DNA from: an uncultured Eubacteriales bacterium
GTDB lineage: Bacteria; Bacillota; Clostridia; Christensenellales; CAG-917
Length of the DNA stretch: 64,000 nt
NCBI GenBank assembly: GCA_900547975.1
Contig: URIX01000002.1
Span: 17,879 to 81,878, forward strand
Direction of reading: 5' to 3'
Part shown: in pieces, positions 44,852 to 52,041 of the stretch
How positions within the stretch are numbered: the stretch's first letter is position 1
Layout of the letters: the number at the start of each line of letters is the position of its first letter
Translations under genes and position numbers: made by a program
Notes under the pieces: model-generated
Seen by the model: the letters and a program-made list of their open reading frames with translations, nothing else
The model's database searches: none
Told to the model about the DNA's origin: nothing

Positions 44852-46737
44852 TGCCAATAGACTTTAAATTAAAAGTTAGTCCGAGAATGCTTGAATTGCT
44901 CAGTAAAGATTTGTATACAAATATGTATTTCGTATTGGCTGAGTTAATCGCCAATTCATATGATGCAGATGCTGAAAATGTATATGTGTATATTGATGAT
45001 GATGAAATACGGGTAGAAGATGATGGTAACGGTATGAGCCCGGACAATCTAAACGATAAGTATTTATTGGTTGGCGGGGAATCCAGAAATTCCGAAGATA
45101 ATGCACGCACATCTAGGAAGAATCGTTTAAAAATGGGAAGGAAAGGAGTTGGTAAATTGTCGGCGCTTTCTATTTCAAACGGTTTTAAACTAGTTACTGT
45201 TTGTGATGGATATACCATTGGATTGTTTATTCCGAATCGTATAGAACATGATGATGAATCGTTAAGAGTTTTGAGCCAAAACGAGTTTTCATTAAAAAGA
45301 ATTACGAATCATGGAACGGCTGTTATAATGGAGTCGCCGAAGGTGGCAATTCCGAAGCTACAAGATACTGTATTAAAGAATCTTGCAAAAATATTTCCAA
45401 ATGATATAGAAGATTTTAAAATACATGTTGTGTTTAAAGGCGAAGAGAAGATTTTGATTCCCGATGAGAAAGACGTGATTATGCGGTTGGCTTCGTTTAT
45501 TTCTATAGGGGACGAAAAAAGATATTTGGCTGAATCGTTGCCAACAAATGAGAAAAATTTACAAAAGGATCATTTGGATGCTTATGAAGAAACTATAGAA
45601 ATGTATGATAGTAACAATGTGCTTAAAGAAATTACGGTGCGCATATATGGCTGGATTGGTACTTACAAAACTACTCGCGGGATGAAGAGGGAAATTAATG
45701 AGTTTTCAGACAACTATTTGGCAATTTTCGCACACAATAAAATGGGATTGCGAAATATATTACCAATAATCGGAAAAAACCGTGTTTATGAGAGTTATAT
45801 TGTTGGGAATTTGTATATAGATGCCTTTGAAGCTGCTAATTTCCCAGACATGGCAGGAACAAACCGTCAAGGTTATAATGAAAACGATCCCAGGTGGATT
45901 ACAGCATTAAAATATATAAGAGAAATAACGGATAGAATTGTAAAACTGCATGAACAGTTTGCCATTGCCGAGAAAATTGAAAAAGACACGGAAAAAGAAG
46001 CGAAAAAAGAAGCCGATGAGTTAGCTTTGAAAGAACGTCTTGACCGCGCTACCAAAAATATAACAGAAAATATAGCGCGTAAAATAAATGATAATACGTC
46101 TCCTGAACAGATCAAGCAAGCGGTTTCATCGGAAATTGAAGCCATGAAACCCATTCTCGGATTTAAGTCTATAGTGGATGCGAATAAAAAGAAAATAATG
46201 ATAAGCCAAACATGGAAAGATAAAATTGTATCCGATGTAATTTATCAAATGCTTCTATTTAATGGCGTACCCAAAGAGGACATCATATATTCAAATGGAC
46301 CCGATCCGGAAACGAACTTACCTGAACGAGATATTTATGGTTATCTACAGAAATTCTTTATTCACAGTGCATCCACCGAAATGATATATGTGCTGTTTGT
46401 AACAAGTAAGAATGTTTTGAATGTTGAAGAAGATAACCCTTCTGCGAGTTGGGGCGTTTTAATGGAAATAGGTGCGGCATGGGTTACGAAAAAAGATCAC
46501 TGGATTTTTAATATAGACAATTTCAAGCCCGAGCAGCCGCTTAATATTGAAGATAAATGGGTCGCAATTTATACGATAGATGATGAAGCTGGAAACAAAA
46601 TTTTATCTCTAACAGAGGCTATGGCAAATAGCTTTTGCAATAAAATAATTGCAACCTGTTCCGCATGCGGATATACCGCAAAAGCTTTTGAGAATAATAA
46701 AAAGTATTTGGTAGATAACTTTGTAGCGATTTGTTAA
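44851..46737 (+). CDS. GHKL (HATPase_c_3 / MORC-like) ATPase with coiled-coil linker and TIR-like C-terminal domain
   Basis: Bergerat-fold motifs ELIANSYDA, DDGNGM, GRKGVGKLS. Lys/Glu-rich helix at about residues 370-420. C-terminus has KIMISQTWKDK...IIYSN...VLFVTSKN...SASWGVLMEIGAAW. The start overlaps the methyltransferase 3 stop (TAATG). Confidence 0.75.
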   Translation: MPIDFKLKVSPRMLELLSKDLYTNMYFVLAELIANSYDADAENVYVYIDDDEIRVEDDGNGMSPDNLNDKYLLVGGESRNSEDNARTSRKNRLKMGRKGVGKLSALSISNGFKLVTVCDGYTIGLFIPNRIEHDDESLRVLSQNEFSLKRITNHGTAVIMESPKVAIPKLQDTVLKNLAKIFPNDIEDFKIHVVFKGEEKILIPDEKDVIMRLASFISIGDEKRYLAESLPTNEKNLQKDHLDAYEETIEMYDSNNVLKEITVRIYGWIGTYKTTRGMKREINEFSDNYLAIFAHNKMGLRNILPIIGKNRVYESYIVGNLYIDAFEAANFPDMAGTNRQGYNENDPRWITALKYIREITDRIVKLHEQFAIAEKIEKDTEKEAKKEADELALKERLDRATKNITENIARKINDNTSPEQIKQAVSSEIEAMKPILGFKSIVDANKKKIMISQTWKDKIVSDVIYQMLLFNGVPKEDIIYSNGPDPETNLPERDIYGYLQKFFIHSASTEMIYVLFVTSKNVLNVEEDNPSASWGVLMEIGAAWVTKKDHWIFNIDNFKPEQPLNIEDKWVAIYTIDDEAGNKILSLTEAMANSFCNKIIATCSACGYTAKAFENNKKYLVDNFVAIC

Positions 46738-46820
46738 AAACGACAAAGTGTAAAAAATAGGAATGGCATTTTGATCTATGCAATTTTTTGGCATTTGGCT
46801 GCAACAGTATAGCACAAAAA

Positions 46821-47495
46821 TCATTCATAAATTGCGGCATATCGTTGTCGCATTTTGATGAAGTATTCAAACACGGTGGATTGCGCTCGCTCGAGTATGG
46901 CGGCGATTTCGGGATAACTCAGTCCGTTTTGCCTACATTCGAGCGCAATTCTCATATTGTCCGTCAAATTGAGGCTGTCAACGATTGAATCATAGACGGT
47001 ATAGTCTTTGACAACATCTTCTTCAATCTCGCAAGACGGTTCACTTACGGGTGTTAAAGCGTCAAGGCTCACGGAGCGGTAGTAATCGCTTGTTTTTCGT
47101 GTGATAAGTTTAGACATTGATCTAATGCACGCAATCTTGACCGTTATTGCCTTGCCCTTTTTATCGTATGCCAAAACGTCGTTTAATTGCTTTCCGTAAT
47201 GATTACAAAGGAATAGCGCGCCTTCTTGCACTAAATCATAACTGTCGCTGAAAGTGTGGTTAATATCTTTTTTACGTTTTATATCAACGCATAGGTCTGC
47301 ATATATCTTTTGCATTTTGGCTCCCATATATCCGATGAGGAATCGTGTTTCATACATCGCCAACTGTTCTGCCATTGCAAGAACGTTGTTATGAGAGATT
47401 GTTTCTTTGAAAACGTCATAATTTTCAATATGTTTTTTCATTTTGGAATGCGCTCCGAGTTTTATTTGCCTTTCGGCAACAAGACGGCGCAGCAT
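46821..47495 (-). CDS. sigma-70 region-4-type HTH protein (mobile-element sigma/regulator-like)
   Basis: C-terminal LTDNMRIALECRQNGLSYPEIAAILERAQSTVFEYFIKMRQR is a sigma region-4 / LuxR-type HTH. 224 aa. Confidence 0.5.
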   Translation of the reverse strand: MLRRLVAERQIKLGAHSKMKKHIENYDVFKETISHNNVLAMAEQLAMYETRFLIGYMGAKMQKIYADLCVDIKRKKDINHTFSDSYDLVQEGALFLCNHYGKQLNDVLAYDKKGKAITVKIACIRSMSKLITRKTSDYYRSVSLDALTPVSEPSCEIEEDVVKDYTVYDSIVDSLNLTDNMRIALECRQNGLSYPEIAAILERAQSTVFEYFIKMRQRYAAIYE

Positions 47496-47670
47496 CGAGA
47501 AAACTCAAAAACATATCACTTAAAATCACAAGATGCCTATGTCAACGACCAGCGTAAATTATTGCGTTTTCAACAAAAGAGCCTATGTCGAACAAGCAAT
47601 AATTTTGCCGTTGATATAGGCTTTTCTCTGTGCTAAACCGCCGTGCCGAAAGGCAAATAAAACTAGGAGC
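47452..47670. repeat. 27-bp inverted repeats flanking a 165-bp segment that contains the start codon of the sigma-like gene
   Basis: GCTCCGAGTTTTATTTGCCTTTCGGCA (47452-47478) against TGCCGAAAGGCAAATAAAACTAGGAGC (47644-47670), 26 of 27 complementary. Confidence 0.85.
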
Positions 47671-47733
47671 GGTTATTTTTTTATAATCTAATTGAATCGC
47701 TAACGGAATATGGCGCTTCAAGGAGTATAAAAA

Positions 47734-47923
47734 AGGTTGCGCACAAGATTTGTGCGTAAGCAGATGTATAGATAAAAAGGGTGGCGTTTTAATTGCACAA
47801 AATCAGCAATATGAGTTTTTTATAAATTCAAAGAATTTATAGGCATAGTTTAGTAGCAAAAAATTCTCGAAGAAAAAATAATACGAACCCATTATCTGAG
47901 TTCGTATCATTGTCATTTGGTGA
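47734..47923. repeat. 190-bp dispersed direct repeat, copy 2
   Basis: Same orientation and near-identical to 26073-26261, including the 12-bp-stem hairpin AATAATACGAAC/GTTCGTAT(C/T)ATT. Confidence 0.9.
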
Positions 47924-47983
47924 CCGAATCGACACTTTATCTATACAAAAAGATTATATAAAGTGACAAATATGTTGTCAAAT

Positions 47984-48019
47984 AAAAACAGTTTCGCTCT
48001 TTAGGCGAAAACTGTTTTT
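47984..48019. terminator. bidirectional terminator
   Basis: AAAAACAGTTTCGC-tctttag-GCGAAAACTGTTTTT. Confidence 0.75.
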
Positions 48020-48043
48020 GCCTGTTATAACAAACCCGACAAG

Positions 48044-48748
48044 TTATTTGTCGTCGTTTTTAGAAACGATATATTTGAACAAGCGTTTTACGTCTTTGCT
48101 TGACAAGAAGGGATAAAGCTCGTCCATATCTACGTCTTGAAGTTCGCCCTCAACATATTTGTCGACAAGTTTTGTAAGACACTCTTCCGACACAAACGGC
48201 GCAAGAGAAGTGAGGGAGTGTGTATATTTTTTATCGTTGTCGAGTGCGATTTTCAAGAACAATGCGTCACAATCGTTTTCGCTAAGAAACGGCATTATCG
48301 CGCAAAGGTTCAACCCGTCGTATTTGTCCGGATCGCTTAAGATGTCTTCCACGATTTCATGGATGTCATCGTCATCGAGGAAAGGAAGTATTTGTACGAG
48401 CTTATTCTTCTTGTCGGGCTTTTTGTCATCGCCGCCTAGAAAAATATTGCCCAAAGATGCGCCCACGCCATATCCCTTTTGTGCGATTTTTTCGGCTTTT
48501 TTCAATGCGCTTTTCACAAAATCCCACGACAATGCGGTTTTATCCGACGATTCGTTTTCTTCATCTTTTTTATCTTCGATTTCTTCTTCGAGATCATCGA
48601 GTTCTTCGAGAACATCCTCGAATTTGTCTTTTTCGTCCTCGTCCGTAAAAACAAAGTCGGATTTTTCCGCGCGTTGTTCTACGGCTTCTTCAATCGATAT
48701 AGGTTCGTATATCGTTTTTCCGTCTTGCAATTTCTTTTTGAGTATCAT
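48044..48748 (-). CDS. acidic hypothetical protein with four PF(L/V)S/D..D....L repeats
   Basis: Asp/Glu-rich linker (EDVLEELDDLEEEIEDKKDEENE) and repeats PFLDDDDIHEIV, PFLSENDCDALF, PFVSEECLTKLV, PFLSSKDVKRLF. Translationally coupled to the XRE gene. Confidence 0.55.
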   Translation of the reverse strand: MILKKKLQDGKTIYEPISIEEAVEQRAEKSDFVFTDEDEKDKFEDVLEELDDLEEEIEDKKDEENESSDKTALSWDFVKSALKKAEKIAQKGYGVGASLGNIFLGGDDKKPDKKNKLVQILPFLDDDDIHEIVEDILSDPDKYDGLNLCAIMPFLSENDCDALFLKIALDNDKKYTHSLTSLAPFVSEECLTKLVDKYVEGELQDVDMDELYPFLSSKDVKRLFKYIVSKNDDK

Positions 48749-49197
48749 TGTGTGACCTCCGTTCTCATAAATTTTTGTTCGGCGGGCGTAAGCCTCGGTT
48801 TCAGATTTTCCATATCGGTTGTCAGCATTCCGTCCTTTATCGCTTTGAGAATCATTATTCTTTCCGTTTGCGAAAAGAGGTAAAAGTTTGCCGGAATGTC
48901 GATTTTTATGTTACCGTCAACGATGTTCCTCACCACAAACAGCCGCTCGTGTCCCGCAAAAATGTCATCCGGATTGACATCGATTTTTTTGTCAAGACAT
49001 AATAGTTCTTCAATGGTGATGTGAAAGATCTCGGACATGTTCAACAAATCGTCGATGGAGGGAACACCCGTGCCGTTTTCCCATTTGGACACGAGCTGCC
49101 TTGTCACGAAAAGTTTGTTGGCAAGCTCCTCCTGTGTGAGATTTTGCCTTTTCCGCCTCGACGCTATATTGTTGCCGACAGCAATGAAATCGATCAT
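48745..49197 (-). CDS. XRE family helix-turn-helix regulator
   Basis: QNLTQEELANKLFVTRQLVSKWENGTGVPSIDDLLNMSEIFHITIEELL. AAGGAGG RBS before the ATG at 49197. Confidence 0.8.
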   Translation of the reverse strand: MIDFIAVGNNIASRRKRQNLTQEELANKLFVTRQLVSKWENGTGVPSIDDLLNMSEIFHITIEELLCLDKKIDVNPDDIFAGHERLFVVRNIVDGNIKIDIPANFYLFSQTERIMILKAIKDGMLTTDMENLKPRLTPAEQKFMRTEVTQ

Positions 49198-49424
49198 TCT
49201 GCGCCTCCTTACAATTGAATTATATATCGTGCGCCGAAATATGTCACGCAACCGTCCGTTGCATTTTTATGTCAAAATGGTTTTGATATAATTAAATTAG
49301 GAGCTTAAATTTACTAACTAATCGCTAATGCCATAAGCAAGAAACAATACGGAGATGATAAATTGCGGAGTATCGTAAATTCAGACTATGTAAAAACACT
49401 CTATCGAATAGGATTTAAACGTGT

Positions 49425-49590
49425 TTATTGTTTTTTTGTTTGGGAATAGTGTGTTGTGCTGCTGCTTTTGAATACTTGCGTGCGGCGCCTGCGTAATAGC
49501 TTGCCATAATTAATGTAGCATTTGCTGGTTCGGTAATGATGGCGTCCACACCGAATCTTTTGAAATAGTAAGTCGCTTGATTTATTGAAC
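49425..49590 (-). pseudogene. possible glycerophosphodiester phosphodiesterase C-terminal remnant
   Basis: The translation contains YYFKRFGVDAIITEPANATLI, resembling the GVDGIITD end of GDPD enzymes. There is no start codon or N-terminal part. Confidence 0.25.
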
Positions 49591-49609
49591 AATCAAAATA
49601 GTATATATT

Positions 49610-49787
49610 GCCCTCGATTTTTACAGATACCGGCGAAACAAACAGATATTATAAATGCGCCGGCAAAAAGAAATATCACAATGGTTGCACGAAAAGTCAA
49701 GTGCGCAAAGAGTATCTCGAAGATATTGTCGTCAACGCAATCATAGATGAGTTGAATCGCCTGGGAGCAATAGAGTACTACCGATGA
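49610..49787 (+). pseudogene. large serine recombinase C-terminal zinc-ribbon fragment
   Basis: The in-frame translation reads YYKCAGKKKYHNGCTKSQVRKEYLEDIVVNAIIDELNRL. It has no start and is fused directly to the integrase remnant. Confidence 0.6.
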
Positions 49788-50237
49788 TATACACCTTGAC
49801 GAAAGATACATTGTAATAAACAAGCAAATGCAAAACGGTGAAGTTGTCCCGCCCAAAACCGATAGCGGAAATAGAAACGTACCGATTATCGATGTTTTGT
49901 ATCCGTATTTGAAAGACATAGACTTTTCAAAGCACGAAAGATTGTTCCCGATAAAAGAACACGCATTGCGTGTGTATTTCAAAACGCATTGAAAGCAAGT
50001 GGCTTGGACGGTATGGGTTTTACAATTCATTGCTTGCGCCATACCTACGCAACGAGATGTGCTGAAAATAATGTAAATCGTGTTGTTGTTCAAAAATGGG
50101 TTGGACATTCAACGGCGGATATGACAGAAAACGTTTATACGCACATCAATAATGATTTCGAGAAAGACGAAATCGAAAAATTTAATAAGGGGGTAAACGA
50201 TACATATAATCAAGAAAAAAAGACTATTCGGAAATAA
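49786..50237 (+). pseudogene. tyrosine recombinase/integrase catalytic domain, N-terminally truncated and frameshifted
   Basis: PPKTDSGNRNVPII...LFPIKEHALRVYFKT, stop at about 49990, then in another frame GFTIHCLRHTYATRCAENNVNRVVVQKWVGHSTADMTENVYTHI (the R..HxxR..Y catalytic signature). Confidence 0.8.
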
Positions 50238-50275
50238 AAAAATTAGACTATATACTGAGTATATAGTCTAAAAAA
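50238..50275 (-). terminator. terminator of the five-tRNA operon
   Basis: TTAGACTATATAC-tcag-GTATATAGTCTAA followed by TTTTTTT on the minus strand. Confidence 0.75.
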
Positions 50276-50351
50276 TGGTGACCCACCGGAGATTCGAACT
50301 CCGGACCATCGCATTAAAAGTGCGGTGCTCTACCGGCTGAGCTAGTGAGTC
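50276..50351 (-). tRNA. tRNA-Lys (anticodon UUU)
   Basis: GACTCAC...GTGGGTC-A-CCA, anticodon loop CT-TTT-AA. Confidence 0.92.
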
Positions 50352-50353
50352 AT

Positions 50354-50428
50354 TGGCAGGGGTAGCTGGATTTGAACCAACGAATGCCAGAATCAAAATC
50401 TGGTGCCTTACCGCTTGGCGATACCCCT
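50354..50428 (-). tRNA. tRNA-Gln (anticodon UUG)
   Basis: AGGGGTA...TACCCCT-G-CCA, anticodon loop TT-TTG-AT. Confidence 0.9.
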
Positions 50429-50536
50429 ACAACGCAGTCTATCTTATCACCAAAACAAAGTTTTTGCAACAAATATACTGCACTTTTTTGCCGAATGTAA
50501 ATAATTTTTGTTTCGGCTGTGACAGATTATCAAAAC

Positions 50537-51073
50537 GTTTGATTTTCTGCCCGTTCGAATCCGATGAAGTTATCATTGAACTCGAACTTATATCGACTCT
50601 ATTTAGAGTGATGTTTCAAAAGTGGGGTGAATAGTGGGATTCGCGCCGTTTGACCTATGCCGAGCGACTCGCGCTACACAGGCACGCATCTTTATGCGTT
50701 TCCGTACGACTTTTCGAAGGTCTGCACTATCACGCCGGGGCAGTCAAACAATTCACAGGATTGTTTGATTTTCTGCCCGTTCGAATCCGATGAAGTTATC
50801 ATTGAACTCGAACTTATATCGACTCTATTTAGAGTGATGTTTCAAAAGTGGGGTGAATAGTGGGATTCGCGCCGTTTGACCTATGCCGAGCGACTCGCGC
50901 TACACAGGCACGCATCTTTATGCGTTTCCGTACGACTTTTCGAAGGTCTGCACTATCACGCCGGGGCAGTCAAACAATTCACAGGATTGTTTGATTTTCT
51001 GCCCGTTCGAATCCAATGAAGTTATCATCGAACTCAAACTATATTGACTCTTTTCAGAGTAATTTATCAAAAG
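50537..51073 (-). repeat. tandem array (about 2.4 units of 225-226 bp) downstream of tRNA-His, each unit ending in the tRNA's last 21 nt
   Basis: TGGGGTGAATAGTGGGATTCG at 50623-50643 and 50849-50869 equals tRNA-His 51074-51094. Units 1-2 are near identical; the unit next to the tRNA is slightly diverged. Confidence 0.9.
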
Positions 51074-51151
51074 TGGGGTGAATAGTGGGATTCGAACCCA
51101 CGACCTCCAGGGCCACAACCTGGCACGCTAACCAACTGCGCTATATCCACC
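51074..51151 (-). tRNA. tRNA-His (anticodon GUG) with encoded G-1
   Basis: G-GTGGATA...TATTCAC-C-CCA, anticodon loop TT-GTG-GC. Confidence 0.92.
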
Positions 51152-51155
51152 ATAA

Positions 51156-51232
51156 TGGCGAGCCTGAAGAGATTCGAACTCCCGACACACGGCTTAGAAG
51201 GCCGTTGCTCTATCCTGCTGAGCTACAGGCTC
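51156..51232 (-). tRNA. tRNA-Arg (anticodon UCU)
   Basis: GAGCCTG...CAGGCTC-G-CCA, anticodon loop CT-TCT-AA. Confidence 0.92.
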
Positions 51233-51267
51233 ATTGCATTAGACGCTCAAAGATTGTTTGAGTTCTT

Positions 51268-51412
51268 GTAATGGAGCGGGTATTTGGAATGCCGCACTTT
51301 TGCATGCAACATATTCCACTAAACCGCAAGCCGTTTTGGACAGGTTTTGTACGATGCGGCAATCTCGCTTTTCGCTCGATGCGGACCGTCCAATTCCCGT
51401 CAAAGACGGTAA
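51268..51412 (-). repeat. 141-bp insert downstream of tRNA-Gly(UCC), ending in a 14-nt copy spanning the tRNA 3' terminus
   Basis: GTAATGGAGCGGGT at 51268-51281 repeats 51409-51422. On the minus strand GACGGGAATTGGAC just after the tRNA resembles the inverted T-arm GATGGGAATCGGAC. Confidence 0.7.
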
Positions 51413-51486
51413 TGGAGCGGGTGATGGGAATCGGACCCACGCAATCAGCTTGGAAGGCTGACATTCTACCATTAAACTACACCCGC
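51413..51486 (-). tRNA. tRNA-Gly (anticodon UCC)
   Basis: GCGGGTG...CACCCGC-T-CCA, anticodon loop CT-TCC-AA. Confidence 0.92.
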
Positions 51487-51572
51487 ACGGACTCAAATCG
51501 CACTTTTTTAGAGCAATCTATAATTCAATGCTTGACAATATTACCACATCGGCGTATTTATGTCAACAAAAT

Positions 51573-52037
51573 TTAGATTAGATTTACGATTTTGACCGTA
51601 AATTTTCCGTCGTGAACGACGGCGTAGGCGTATGACGGCGCGCCCGAAAGCGGCGAACATATCGAGCCGGGACATACGAACGTAATTCCTGTGCTTTCGT
51701 CGATTTGCGCAAAGTGCGTATGCCCGTAAAAAACGAGTGTGCAACCGAGTTCGCGCGCTCTCAAATCGAGTTCCAAAAGACCGCGCTTGACGTGGTATTT
51801 ATCGCCGTGAGTGAGTAAAATGCGCACGCCGTCTGTTTCGACGACTTCTTCGTCGCAAAACTCGTATCGGTCGCAGTTGCCCTTTACGCCGTGAAAGCCT
51901 TTGTGGCACATCAAATCGCCGAGAGAGCCTAATCCGTCGCCGAGGAAGAAAACGTATCTGCTTTCGTTTGCGACGTCCGTAAGGCGGCTTGGAAGCGGCA
52001 TATTGTGGCTGTCCGAAAATGCGACGATAGTGTTCAT
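51573..52037 (-). CDS. YfcE/MJ0936-family metallophosphoesterase
   Basis: AFSDSHN, FLGDG, GNCD, LTHGD, GHTH metal-ligand blocks. 154 aa. Confidence 0.82.
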   Translation of the reverse strand: MNTIVAFSDSHNMPLPSRLTDVANESRYVFFLGDGLGSLGDLMCHKGFHGVKGNCDRYEFCDEEVVETDGVRILLTHGDKYHVKRGLLELDLRARELGCTLVFYGHTHFAQIDESTGITFVCPGSICSPLSGAPSYAYAVVHDGKFTVKIVNLI

Positions 52038-52041
52038 AATT

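Noticed and set aside
47916-47923. TGGTGACC at the end of the 190-bp repeat as the distal att copy of the tRNA-Lys(UUU) 3' end
   Set aside because: Only 8 nt match, which is expected by chance about once or twice in 64 kb on two strands. It is kept as a remark inside the repeat finding, not as an att call.
50353-50860. ORFs 50353..50634 and 50657..50860 ending in the identical peptide ...CPFESDEVIIELELISTLFRVMFQKWGE
   Set aside because: The identical C-termini are produced by the tandem 225-bp DNA repeat downstream of tRNA-His. The ORFs start within tRNA genes and have no translation signals.
50537-51073. CRISPR array
   Set aside because: The repeats are 225 bp long and contiguous with no unique spacers, and no cas genes are present. 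No short repeat-spacer periodicity occurs anywhere in the window.
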